Shown here: one piece after another, positions 19,670 to 28,364 of the stretch
Position numbering within the stretch: the stretch's first letter is position 1
Layout of the letters: the number at the start of each line of letters is the position of its first letter
Assembly (NCBI GenBank): GCA_035529375.1
Contig: DATKWU010000017.1
Location: forward strand, 2,579 to 66,578
Length of the DNA stretch: 64,000 bases
Reading direction: 5' to 3'
Source: Patescibacteria group bacterium
GTDB lineage: Bacteria; Patescibacteriota; Microgenomatia; PFEM01; JAHIFH01
Translations under genes and position numbers: made by a program
Notes under the pieces: generated by a model
What the model was told of the DNA's origin: nothing
What the model saw: only the letters and a program-made list of their open reading frames with translations
Databases searched by the model: none

Positions 19670-19898
19670 TTTGTTCTTGGTCAGGATGCTTGGGCTCTTG
19701 GGGTAAAGGAATTATTTCGTCTTCTACCGCTTTTTCCATTTCGCTAATAATTTCTTTAGATGGTGTTACCGTTCCACTACTCGGAATAGAAGTGCTATTT
19801 ATGTCTGTTTTCCCTTTTGGCGGAATAGAAATTGATGCCTCAGGGGGCTTTTCTGGAAATACTTTTTCGCCTTTTGGTTTTGGTTGTGTGTCGTCCAT
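19662..19898 (-). CDS. Putative cognate antitoxin (78 aa, Pro/Glu-rich)
   Basis: It lies immediately upstream of the PIN gene and overlaps it by 8 nt. It has no recognisable fold. Confidence 0.3.
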   Translation of the reverse strand: MDDTQPKPKGEKVFPEKPPEASISIPPKGKTDINSTSIPSSGTVTPSKEIISEMEKAVEDEIIPLPQEPKHPDQEQNE

Positions 19899-20037
19899 AA
19901 GTTAATTCTATCATAAATTAGTATAATTAGCCTGTGAAGTTGACCTTTAAGCAAAGACTGTTTATTGCGAATTATCTGAAGACTGGCAATGCTACTAAGG
20001 CAGCAGCCAGGGCCTACAATGTTAAAAGCAGGAACGT

Positions 20038-20070
20038 AGCTGGCGAGTATAGACGCTATTCGAACCTATT
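20038..20070 (+). repeat. Copy 1 (divergent) of the 32-nt cassette-boundary repeat
   Basis: tggcgagtatagacgctattcgaacctatt. Compare the copies at 21781 and 22861. Confidence 0.6.
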
Positions 20071-20483
20071 TAGTCAGTAATATTAGTTATTAATTTATCT
20101 ACTTTCCTTTTTATCAGAATAAAAATATTTTCTGAGAGTTTTAGGTATTCTATCTCCCTTTTTATGTCTAAGGGCTTCCCATTAAGATTAGCGTCATCAA
20201 AGTCAGGTAAATCCCAGATTTTATACTTCTTAGGGGTGGAAAGTTTGCTTCGGCAATACTCATAATTCTTTTTACCAATAAAAACAACAAGGTCAGCTTT
20301 TAAAAGTTGGTTATTGCTTGTTTCTTTCCATTCATTACTCATATAGGGAATTAATTTATTTCTGTTTGTCAATCGTTGGGCGTACCATGTTATCGGTCCC
20401 TTATGTTGGGCCGATGCTTGTGTACCACTGGAGGATACAAAGATACTAGGGATTTTTTTTAGAACGCAAATATGCTTCGGCAA
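20070..20483 (-). CDS. Hypothetical protein
   Basis: 137-aa ORF. The gene layout in this array is compact and codon usage is typical. Confidence 0.4.
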   Translation of the reverse strand: MPKHICVLKKIPSIFVSSSGTQASAQHKGPITWYAQRLTNRNKLIPYMSNEWKETSNNQLLKADLVVFIGKKNYEYCRSKLSTPKKYKIWDLPDFDDANLNGKPLDIKREIEYLKLSENIFILIKRKVDKLITNITD

Positions 20484-20571
20484 GCCTACTTCGGAATATA
20501 TTTCCCGTACAAACGAAGTGAATATGAAATGCTTTATTTTTCATAGGTTAAGTTTATAAGCTGAGCTCCTC

Positions 20572-20583
20572 GGTCTGGACCCG
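20572..20583 (+). repeat. Short repeat ggtctggacccg (copy 1)
   Basis: The same 12-mer recurs at 21173-21184 in the equivalent inter-cassette position. Confidence 0.4.
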
Positions 20584-20703
20584 TTTTATCCCGTAGCTAT
20601 TTCTTCTTTTTCTGGCTAGCTTTCGTACCATCAGAAAAGGTTGCTTCTAGCTTGGTAAAAACATTCGTAGGGTGCAAATCTCTTTGATCAAAAGCTAGTC
20701 TCT

Positions 20704-21126
20704 TTATGCCTGGCTCAACGAATATTTGTGTTTTTTTCTTTTCCCTTTTTCTCCGGCATATACGACGAGTCGTAAACCTACTTTTGATTTAGTCAGTAAA
20801 GAGGTAACAAAATATTTATTGTCTTTTGAGGATATTTTTTCCTCTGCTATTGGCAAAGCTTCATCGTCGAGATTGATAAATTTCATATTTTTATAAATTC
20901 TGGAGTTTAATTTTCTCTTTACATATTTTTTCTCATCATGATATTCCCTTGGAAGAGAGTAAATTTTTTTACACTCCTCGCACTTGAGTTTGTGTGTATA
21001 TATTTCTCCTTCTTCATAATAGGGTTCGAGTTGAAGAAAATCTTTTGGGCACAACGGCACGGGGTTTCGCGAAACCTTTCCGATAACCCATTTTATTTTG
21101 TCAATTATTATTCCTTGATCTGCCAT
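20704..21126 (-). CDS. Hypothetical protein with a CxxD...CEEC zinc-ribbon-like motif
   Basis: 140-aa ORF containing LCPKDF...KCEECKK. Confidence 0.4.
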   Translation of the reverse strand: MADQGIIIDKIKWVIGKVSRNPVPLCPKDFLQLEPYYEEGEIYTHKLKCEECKKIYSLPREYHDEKKYVKRKLNSRIYKNMKFINLDDEALPIAEEKISSKDNKYFVTSLLTKSKVGLRLVVYAGEKGKRKKHKYSLSQA

Positions 21127-21172
21127 TTATTAGTAAATAATAATTAATCTACCCGATTTTGCTGAACAGACT

Positions 21173-21184
21173 GGTCTGGACCCG
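21173..21184 (+). repeat. Short repeat ggtctggacccg (copy 2)
   Basis: Identical 12-mer. Confidence 0.4.
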
Positions 21185-21228
21185 CTTGGTTCCATAAGTT
21201 ACTTTTATTTTAGATTAGAATTGCTTTT

Positions 21229-21768
21229 CTACCCAAATCTAATAGCACCTTTATAGATATACCCTGGTTCGTGTATTTCTATTGTATTTTTCAATCTACC
21301 TTGAACTGCTAAGTTAGCTGACATAGAGTCTAGCCAAACTTCTACAGCTTTGCACACGTCCTTGCAAAAAACTTGAACATTCAGCTGCAAAAATGATTTT
21401 TTCTCACCGTTAAAAATGCAGTCCTTAATAAGATTACGGTGTGCACCTTTAGTCAAAAATACAAAATGCTCTAGAACCTCCTGTTTTTTTTGGTCGGAAA
21501 TATCATCCTTCCCTTGATGTAGAAGTGCACACCTCAAAGCATAGCAATCCTTGCCCGACAGAAAACCATTATATTGGGGTAAATTTTTTTCAACCCAATC
21601 AGAATATTTTTCACCTGAAGTTTTTTCGTGTTCAAGTGCAGCACAGATGTCTGGAAGGGTCAAAGAGACAAACAAAGCAACGTACCAGTTTTGGTTATCT
21701 AATGCTTTATAAACTGAATCAATAATTTTTTGCATATTTTTTTCTGAATTATGAGGGTAGGGTTGCAA
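21229..21768 (-). CDS. Hypothetical protein with an Rx4H motif (HEPN-like); paralog of the 23005-23547 product
   Basis: ALRCALLHQG fits Rx4H. The C-terminal FLQLNVQVFCKDVCKAVEVWL aligns with TLQLDMNLFCQDVLDSIDKLYEV of the paralog. Confidence 0.4.
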   Translation of the reverse strand: MQPYPHNSEKNMQKIIDSVYKALDNQNWYVALFVSLTLPDICAALEHEKTSGEKYSDWVEKNLPQYNGFLSGKDCYALRCALLHQGKDDISDQKKQEVLEHFVFLTKGAHRNLIKDCIFNGEKKSFLQLNVQVFCKDVCKAVEVWLDSMSANLAVQGRLKNTIEIHEPGYIYKGAIRFG

Positions 21769-21780
21769 GCCTACCCAATT

Positions 21781-21814
21781 TGGCTGGCGAGTGTGGACAC
21801 TATTCGAACCTATT
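21781..21814 (+). repeat. Copy 2 of the 32-nt cassette-boundary repeat
   Basis: tggctggcgagtgtggacactattcgaacctatt, followed by a conserved aagagaacctgtttttgttcc-like tail. Confidence 0.65.
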
Positions 21815-21864
21815 TTATCACAACAAGAGAACCTGTTTTTGTTCCTAATTTTAATTCTTAATTA

Positions 21865-22758
21865 TTATTGCTTAATTTTCGCGGCTACTTCGTTTTTATA
21901 TTGGAACTCTGGACAAAATGGAGGTATCAGATTTCTGTTTCGCATTAAATCTCTCATTCTCTTCATTACTTCAAAATCCGTATCAGAAGAAATCCAACGC
22001 TTCATTACTTCTTCATCCACCCAGAGTGTTTTTAGTTGATAAATGGAAGAATAATATTTTCTAAAAAAGTCTATGCCATTTTGGGGACTATCGAAAAAGA
22101 CAGTACAATATGAAGCAAAATACTCTTTGAAACCGTCAATTGTAAAGATGTTTCTTGCATAATAATATAGTTTGACTGTGTCAATATCGCTAAAATCTCC
22201 TTCAATCGGCTCACCATATTCATTCAACATGTCTGGGCTAATTAAAGGAACATCTGCAATATCCAGAGGAACAGCATGACCATCATTCGAAGCTATTTGA
22301 TATACTGCGCAGTTTTTTTCAACACTATCTAACAAGGCAAAACTTCGCGAAGGTAAAGCGGAACAGTTTGCAAAAACATAATTTAGATTTCCAATTTCTA
22401 AATCTAACTGACCAGACTGTTGTTTAAGTTCCTCTACAGGCTTACCCTGAATTGAGGCAAGGCAGATTGGACTATCAGGAACTACCTCTTCCCCCAATGG
22501 CTGTCTGGTTTTATGAACAATGTCATCAAATAAAGCAGAGTCGTAGTAATCACGGAATTCTCGTGCTTTTTTCTGAAAGTCTTCCTCAGTCTGACCTTGA
22601 CCTCGTTGAATATAAGCTTCACGAAGAACATCTACAGCCCTAGTTAAATTTTCCTGTAGTAGTCTTTGGGGCCTCTCAGCAACTTGCCGGACACTATCAC
22701 TTCGGATAAGTCTAGCTTGTTCTAGAATAGCATTTGTTTTTATCTCTTTATCATCCAT
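21865..22758 (-). CDS. Hypothetical protein (297 aa)
   Basis: Long ORF in the cassette-like array with no recognisable motif. Confidence 0.4.
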   Translation of the reverse strand: MDDKEIKTNAILEQARLIRSDSVRQVAERPQRLLQENLTRAVDVLREAYIQRGQGQTEEDFQKKAREFRDYYDSALFDDIVHKTRQPLGEEVVPDSPICLASIQGKPVEELKQQSGQLDLEIGNLNYVFANCSALPSRSFALLDSVEKNCAVYQIASNDGHAVPLDIADVPLISPDMLNEYGEPIEGDFSDIDTVKLYYYARNIFTIDGFKEYFASYCTVFFDSPQNGIDFFRKYYSSIYQLKTLWVDEEVMKRWISSDTDFEVMKRMRDLMRNRNLIPPFCPEFQYKNEVAAKIKQ

Positions 22759-22860
22759 TTCTCATATTTTACTCAAGTTGAAGAATTTTTTAAAGATTTT
22801 GTGAGGTTTAAAAGCTTCGAACCGTCCTACTTCGGTGGTAATTTTCAAGGCTAAAATTTT

Positions 22861-22894
22861 GGGCTGGCGAGTGTGGACACTATTCGAACCTATT
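22861..22894 (+). repeat. Copy 3 of the 32-nt cassette-boundary repeat
   Basis: gggctggcgagtgtggacactattcgaacctatt, followed by aagagccttgttttattccc. Confidence 0.65.
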
Positions 22895-23004
22895 GGTTAG
22901 GCAAGAAAGAGCCTTGTTTTATTCCCATCTATGCCTAATCCGAAAGGACTACTTGGTTTTACTGACAAATCGGTCTAGAATGTTTTAATCCTTATAACTA
23001 ACGT

Positions 23005-23547
23005 CTATTTTAATTCTTTAAAGAAATCAAAATCCGAAGCTTTAATATATTTCTTGTTTCTGTTAAGGATACTTGTCTTGTTTAGTGGAGTAGATTGTTG
23101 AGAAATCGCCTTAGCAAATTGTTCTTTATAAGATTCTGTCAACACTTCATAGAGCTTATCTATTGAATCAAGCACGTCTTGGCAAAAGAGATTCATATCT
23201 AATTGAAGTGTGCTGTCCACAAAATACAAGTGAAACTTCCTTTGTATATCTAGCGGATTATTTGTATGGGAAATGTTAAATATCCATCCAATATCTTTTT
23301 TCTTATACTTAAAGTTCTTAGGGAAGTGCTGATGTAGTAGTCCGTGTCGATAAACAAGCGTTATAAATACAGCATATTTAGCGTAACGAGGGTCGATTTT
23401 TGACAGAACTAATTTTAAATAGGTTGTAATATTTTCTGTAGTTGCGCGAGATTCGCCAGTTATAAAAGAACCAAGTCCATCAATTTCTGGGAATAGTAGT
23501 CTTGGAATCGCAAAAAATCCTGTCATGTTAGCAGAATACACTGGCAA
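23005..23547 (-). CDS. Hypothetical Rx4H-motif (HEPN-like) protein; paralog of the 21229-21768 product
   Basis: YRHGLLHQ fits Rx4H. The C-terminal region is shared with the paralog. Confidence 0.4.
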   Translation of the reverse strand: MPVYSANMTGFFAIPRLLFPEIDGLGSFITGESRATTENITTYLKLVLSKIDPRYAKYAVFITLVYRHGLLHQHFPKNFKYKKKDIGWIFNISHTNNPLDIQRKFHLYFVDSTLQLDMNLFCQDVLDSIDKLYEVLTESYKEQFAKAISQQSTPLNKTSILNRNKKYIKASDFDFFKELK

Positions 23548-23592
23548 TACAATTCCAACATCTTTCTCTATAGATTTTTTAATATTATCGAG

Positions 23593-23865
23593 ATGCTCTA
23601 TCCTCGTCCGCTCTCCACGGCCATCCTGGAAGTTGGGTTACCTTGGGTTTTCAGAGCGATATATGAAGGGAAAATGTCGGGATTAGTCATTGGTGTAATT
23701 TTCACCTTGGCGTCTGGCATCCCGGCACTTGTTTTTCTCTTCATGCTCCATGAGATGCAGGCAGGGCTATCTATGGCTTTCTTGTCCATAGGTATGGCTA
23801 TTTCCTGCATTGTGGGGACCTTAATAGACAGATGGGAAATCAAACAAGTCCTTGGACATCTGTAG
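23593..23865 (+). CDS. Small two-TM membrane protein (higher local GC)
   Basis: 90-aa hydrophobic ORF. It may be spurious. Confidence 0.25.
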   Translation: MLYPRPLSTAILEVGLPWVFRAIYEGKMSGLVIGVIFTLASGIPALVFLFMLHEMQAGLSMAFLSIGMAISCIVGTLIDRWEIKQVLGHL

Positions 23866-24041
23866 CGGTTTCAGCTATCTGGCTATCTCTACGATGGCAT
23901 AATAGACTCGCCACTATTGAGCCATCAGAACGAAGGTCCTAGATTAAGGAGGGACAAAACTATGCCTATTGGGTAGCGTTTTGTTCCTCCTAAACTCACT
24001 TTTTCCTTTCCACAAACCATCTCTGGGAATTTTACACAGAA

Positions 24042-24150
24042 AAAGCTCTCTATCTCTGGCTTTTTAGAATGTGTGACCCAGATGGGAGTTGAAACAAACA
24101 CTTTGGAGTATATAGTGAGGCTTCAGGAGATATTTCAGCCTGTGGACTCT
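24042..24150 (+). repeat. Copy 4 of the tRNA-Glu-end repeat (diverged)
   Basis: aaagctctctatctctggcttttt...gtgacccagatgggagttgaaacaaacactttggagtatatagtgaggcttcaggagatatttca. Confidence 0.7.
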
Positions 24151-24167
24151 GTGGTATACTATGGTCA

Positions 24168-25112
24168 ATGAAAATTGTGATTTTCAAACCTAAGTCGGGT
24201 TTTTCTCCAAAACAGCAAAAACAAATTGCCTCACTCGGCAAAGTTGTTTACACCAAAACAAACCAAGAACTTCCAATGAAAAAACTCCTAAAAATTGCTA
24301 AGGGTGCAGAAATCATTGGCGTTGACCCTGATCCCCTTGGTGGTTTTGAAAAGGCTAAAGAGAAGCTAACCAAAATAATGGAGTCTTTGCCCAAACTTAA
24401 GGGTGTCTGTCTTTCCACAACTTCTTTTGGCTGGATCGATTTAGATTATTGTAGTAAGCGGGGCATTACGGTTAGTAACGTTCCAGGCTATTCAAGAGAG
24501 TCTGTTGCTGAACACGCCTTAGCCCTATTGCTTTGTTTGGCTAAAGGAATTATTACCAGCGATCGGAAAACCCAAAGGGGAAAATACAAGCTAGAAATGG
24601 GTTTTGAACTAAAAGGAAAAACGCTTGGCATTATTGGTCTGGGTAATATTGGTAGCAGAATGGCCGAACTTGGCCAGGGAATAGGCATGAAAGTCATTGC
24701 TTATAATCGAAGTCCAAAGAAAATGAAGGGAGTCCAGATGAAATCTTTAAATGAATTATTAAAAAGATCAGATACAATTTCTCTGCACACCACACATGAG
24801 GAAAGTAATGATGAAATGGTTAATGAAAAAATGTTATCTAAAATGAAAGACTGTGTAATTATTGTGAATACAGTTGATAGAGAGATAGTTGATGAAAGCG
24901 CTATGGCAGAAGCCTTAAAGTCTGGAAAAGTCCGTGCCTATGCCTATGAGGGCGAAGATTTGACTCGTACACCTTTAGCTAAAATAGAAAACGCTATAGG
25001 GGTAAAGGCGTTTGCTTACTACACTAAAGAAGCGCTAGATAATTTATATGAAATTTGGGTTGGTAATCTTGTAGCCTTGCGTAAAAGTAAGCCTCGAAAC
25101 CTCGTAAGTTAA
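24168..25112 (+). CDS. D-isomer-specific 2-hydroxyacid dehydrogenase family (NAD-binding)
   Basis: Rossmann motif GIIGLGNIGSRMAELG plus a catalytic His/Glu region, 314 aa. Confidence 0.85.
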   Translation: MKIVIFKPKSGFSPKQQKQIASLGKVVYTKTNQELPMKKLLKIAKGAEIIGVDPDPLGGFEKAKEKLTKIMESLPKLKGVCLSTTSFGWIDLDYCSKRGITVSNVPGYSRESVAEHALALLLCLAKGIITSDRKTQRGKYKLEMGFELKGKTLGIIGLGNIGSRMAELGQGIGMKVIAYNRSPKKMKGVQMKSLNELLKRSDTISLHTTHEESNDEMVNEKMLSKMKDCVIIVNTVDREIVDESAMAEALKSGKVRAYAYEGEDLTRTPLAKIENAIGVKAFAYYTKEALDNLYEIWVGNLVALRKSKPRNLVS

Positions 25113-25131
25113 TTGGATCAATATCAATTGA

Positions 25132-25235
25132 AAAAAGTCCTCTATTTCGGTTTTTTTAGAATGTGTGACCCCAAGGGGAGTTCAATTAAACACTTTGAAA
25201 TATGTAATAATGGTTCAGGAGATATTTGAACCTCT
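25132..25235 (+). repeat. Copy 5 of the tRNA-Glu-end repeat
   Basis: aaaagtcctctatttcgg...gtgaccccaaggggagttcaattaaacactttgaaatatgtaataatggttcaggagatatttgaa. Confidence 0.75.
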
Positions 25236-25308
25236 AACTATTTATCAGTCGGTTTGTGCTTTTAAATGAGCATCATAGTTCTTTTGTAGTTATGTTAATA
25301 TAAAGTCA

Positions 25309-26112
25309 ATGGAGATAACGTTTTTAGGCACTGGTGGTGGTACAAACGAAGAAAGATTTAAAACTTGTATTTTTTTACCTCTTAATGAGAAGAACAATTT
25401 AATTTTGGACGTAGGTGGCGGAACCGAAATAATTAACCAATTCGCCAAGGCCAAGATTAATCCTGCTTGTGTAAATCACATTTTTATTAGTCATACTCAT
25501 TTTGACCACTGTTTAGGTTTGCCCGCCTTTTTGTTTTATCTTGTGACCGAAAAGAAAGAAGAAATGCCAGGAAAAATGGGGATTTACTCTAACAAAAGAA
25601 TAATCAGTGATTTAAAAGAAGTTTTGAGAATTACTGGGGCTGGCGCACTTAAGCGTTGGGGAGATAGATTAATCTGGATTGATACAGGATTAGAAAAACC
25701 AGTTAGAATAACAAGAGATTGCAGTTTGCTTGCCTTCCCTGCCAAAGGAGGGCAAGAATTGAAAGAACAAGATTTAAGCTGTTTAATTAAACTTTCTCGC
25801 CTCCAAAAATCCATTCTTTTTACAGGTGATACTACCCCAAATGAGTATTTAGAAAAATATGCTCGAGGTGTTGATACATTGATTCACGAAGCAATTCTTA
25901 CCCATAAAAATGTCGAGCTTGCTCATAGGCATGGTCATTCTACATCTCAAGATGCAGGTAAACTTGCTCAACAAGCAGGAGTAAAACAGTTAGTGTTAAC
26001 CCATATCTATCGGGAAAGTATTGTTAAAGAAAAATCTCTTCTTGAGGAGACTATGAAATATTATTCAGGACCTGTTCAACTAGCTCATGACTTTGAAACA
26101 ATTAATATTTAA
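25309..26112 (+). CDS. MBL-fold metallo-hydrolase (RNase Z / beta-lactamase-like)
   Basis: ISHTHFDHCLGLP motif, 267 aa. Confidence 0.75.
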   Translation: MEITFLGTGGGTNEERFKTCIFLPLNEKNNLILDVGGGTEIINQFAKAKINPACVNHIFISHTHFDHCLGLPAFLFYLVTEKKEEMPGKMGIYSNKRIISDLKEVLRITGAGALKRWGDRLIWIDTGLEKPVRITRDCSLLAFPAKGGQELKEQDLSCLIKLSRLQKSILFTGDTTPNEYLEKYARGVDTLIHEAILTHKNVELAHRHGHSTSQDAGKLAQQAGVKQLVLTHIYRESIVKEKSLLEETMKYYSGPVQLAHDFETINI

Positions 26113-26145
26113 AAAAGCCCTTTATTTCGGGCTTTTTGGAATGTG
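26112..26145 (+). repeat. Copy 6 of the hairpin module, fused directly to the genuine tRNA-Glu gene
   Basis: aaagccctttatttcgggcttttt ggaatgtgt runs straight into the tRNA 3' end. Confidence 0.75.
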
Positions 26146-26218
26146 TGACCCCGAGGGGAATCGAACCCCTGTTTTCAGGATGAAAACCTGACGTCCTAGA
26201 CCGCTAGACGACGGGGCC
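26146..26218 (-). tRNA. tRNA-Glu (anticodon UUC); CCA not encoded
   Basis: The reverse complement GGCCCCGTCGTCTAGCGGTCTAGGACGTCAGGTTTTCATCCTGAAAACAGGGGTTCGATTCCCCTCGGGGTCA folds as a cloverleaf with acceptor, D, anticodon (loop TTTTCAT) and T (TTCGATT) arms. Confidence 0.85.
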
Positions 26219-26230
26219 TGGTGAGCCCAA
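26215..26230 (+). repeat. 16-bp direct repeat ggcctggtgagcccaa (left copy, includes the first 4 nt of tRNA-Glu)
   Basis: An identical 16-mer recurs at 28365-28380. Confidence 0.6.
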
Positions 26231-26485
26231 GAGGGACTCCTACGAACACTTTTACCCTTATCTTCTAACTCTTTATCGTGGCTTTAATTATATCACAAAG
26301 GTTTATTCTTATCATATTGTCTAAGAAACCAAAAAATAAGAGATAGTATGAATGGAATCATTACTACTAAAACTTTATTCAATTGATTCAGAAAAATTGC
26401 CATCATTGAACAATGATAGTAACTTTTTTTAGTTTAAGGCAAATTAAATTTTTGCTAGTTCGTGATAAAATAAGGACAAAGTAAG

Positions 26486-27121
26486 ATGCCAAATAAGAAA
26501 GCGCCTGATCTCACTAAACGAACTAAACCACTTTTTGCCTTCTTTGATGTAGAAAACGTTCGAAACAGTGTAGAGGAATATGGATATATTGACCTTAACT
26601 ATCCTAAAATTATTGGCTGGTTGAAAAATAAAAGAAGTGTTAGTCGGATTTATCTCTATGCATCTGCAGAACCAGGAGATACAATTAAAAAGAAAAAGTA
26701 TTTAGATTTGCAGAAGATTCCTGGTTGTTATGTGTCCATTAAAAGGATTATGGCCTACAAGCAAAAACCATGGCCCCTCGAGACAATTTGCCCAAGTTGT
26801 CAACATTCATTTGTAAGAAAAATTTACATAAAAGATCACAAAAAGGGAAACTGCGATGCGGAGATGACTTTAGATATTGTTAGGTTTGGAGTTAGGAAAA
26901 AATATAGTGGAATTATTGTCTTTTCTGGTGACGGTGATTTTGCAAGAGTTTACGAATATGTTGCGGAAGAATTAAAAAAGCCCGTTATTCTTTTTGCACC
27001 AGATAAGGTGCCAGGTAAAAAAAGAACATCGTCGAGACTAAAGAAACTAGCGAATAACGGGACAATCAAACTAGAAAGCTTAAAGGGGTTGATGTTTCAT
27101 TATGGACAGAAAGAAGAATAA
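26486..27121 (+). CDS. NYN-domain (LabA/PIN-like) RNase family protein with an inserted CxxC...HxxxxxC zinc motif
   Basis: FFDVENV...YASAEPGD...GNCDAEMTLDIV...IIVFSGDGDF are the acidic residues typical of the NYN family. Confidence 0.65.
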   Translation: MPNKKAPDLTKRTKPLFAFFDVENVRNSVEEYGYIDLNYPKIIGWLKNKRSVSRIYLYASAEPGDTIKKKKYLDLQKIPGCYVSIKRIMAYKQKPWPLETICPSCQHSFVRKIYIKDHKKGNCDAEMTLDIVRFGVRKKYSGIIVFSGDGDFARVYEYVAEELKKPVILFAPDKVPGKKRTSSRLKKLANNGTIKLESLKGLMFHYGQKEE

Positions 27122-27280
27122 AAAAAGCCCCCCGAAGGCGACTTTTTTGATTGAGTGGATATACTTTATCACATTAAACTATCTTTGTCAACCTTATACC
27201 ACCTTATATTATCTTATCATATTTTGTGTTAGTTTAAATTGTATTAATGTCGTAAAAGTGCTAGAATTGGTTTCAAACAT

Positions 27281-27856
27281 ATGCCTCGAGAAATCATTTT
27301 CAGGTTAATGCCAGCCAATCTGAAGAGAAAACTAGAAAACTACCTTAATAAACCCTCAACTTCACGTCTCGAAGCCAGAAATAAACTTATTGTCAGTCTT
27401 TTTTATTATTGCGGTTTTAGAACATGGATGCTAACAGATCTAAAAAAGAAAAACTACGACCCAAAAAATAAAATGCTTTATTTTCGTCTTCGAACAAATT
27501 CTCTCAAAGAGAATAGTATACTTCTAGACGAATCTGTTTTTAAACTGATAGATTTTTTAACTAGATCATTTTCGAATCCAGAGTGGCCATTAATTATGAG
27601 TTTTAAAATTGATAGCCCGATAAATAAGCCACTATCTCCTCGCCAGATCCAAAGGGTTACCAAAAATATTTTGTTATCACTTGGTTTTAAAAAAAATATT
27701 CCACCAAGAATGTTGAGGCATAATGTTGGTATTAACTTAACCAAGGAAAAACTAAGACATAAATCGTTAAATAAATTAATTGGCAGAGTTTCTCCTTGGG
27801 TTTTTACAGAATACAAAAAAAGAGCGGGTAACTTTAAGAAAGTTGGGAAAATTTAA
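27281..27856 (+). CDS. Short tyrosine recombinase-like protein (catalytic domain only; no N-terminal core-binding domain)
   Basis: EARNKLIVSLFYYCGFRTWML resembles the box I Arg region. PRMLRHNVG resembles HxLRH. IGRVSPWVFTEY resembles LGHxxxxxTxxYTH with the Tyr. The product is only 191 aa. Confidence 0.5.
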   Translation: MPREIIFRLMPANLKRKLENYLNKPSTSRLEARNKLIVSLFYYCGFRTWMLTDLKKKNYDPKNKMLYFRLRTNSLKENSILLDESVFKLIDFLTRSFSNPEWPLIMSFKIDSPINKPLSPRQIQRVTKNILLSLGFKKNIPPRMLRHNVGINLTKEKLRHKSLNKLIGRVSPWVFTEYKKRAGNFKKVGKI

Positions 27857-28093
27857 AATTTAGAATTATTGGCTTATTGCCAATATTATTCAAAAAAAAG
27901 AGTAACTGTGTTCGATATTTGACGAAAAATTACATTGGGTAGGTTTTCATTATCGAACACTTAAATTAAATGAAATTTTTGAAGCGTTTAGGGCTGTAGA
28001 TAGGACTATTCAGAAGAAACCTTTTTCACAATTATCCACAGAAATAGTAAGATGTAAACCTGTCAGTAATCAGTTCGCACCAATTATTAAGCT

Positions 28094-28324
28094 TTATTGC
28101 TTTATACCACTGTCTATTACAACATCGCCTGTGTCTTCGTCAATATGACCCATAACTATTTCATATTCGCTATGCTCTACTATCCATTTAGCTCCTGGTG
28201 CTAATTCAGATAATTCAGGTGGAATACCCATTTCTTCTAGTTCTCTAGCATTTTGTTCAGCGCTAATTCTAGCAATTTCTCCTGTTGATTCCTCCGATGA
28301 CGTTGGTTTTATTGTTTCTGACAA
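28094..28324 (-). CDS. Hypothetical acidic protein (76 aa)
   Basis: ORF with no recognisable motif. Confidence 0.3.
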   Translation of the reverse strand: MSETIKPTSSEESTGEIARISAEQNARELEEMGIPPELSELAPGAKWIVEHSEYEIVMGHIDEDTGDVVIDSGIKQ

Positions 28325-28364
28325 TTTTATTCACCCCCTGTCAATTTTTCTTAATTCGCTTTTA

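Noticed and set aside
21781-21814. Whether the 32-nt repeat (…ctattcgaacctatt) is a tRNA T-arm fragment like the larger repeat family.
   Set aside because: The ttcgaacc resembles a T-loop complement, but the flanking bases cannot form a T-stem (aatag…tagtg is not complementary). It is treated as an independent repeat family rather than tRNA-derived.
23593-23865. GC-rich 270-bp patch encoding a 90-aa membrane peptide on + and an 81-aa ORF on -.
   Set aside because: It is kept only as a low-confidence CDS. It could equally be a non-coding remnant of acquired DNA, as neither strand has an RBS or homology.
17897-26160. Possibility that the repeated ~100-bp modules form a CRISPR array.
   Set aside because: Spacing is irregular (about 0.5-5 kb). 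The intervening DNA encodes full genes. The repeats are about 100 bp with terminator-like hairpins. No cas genes are present.
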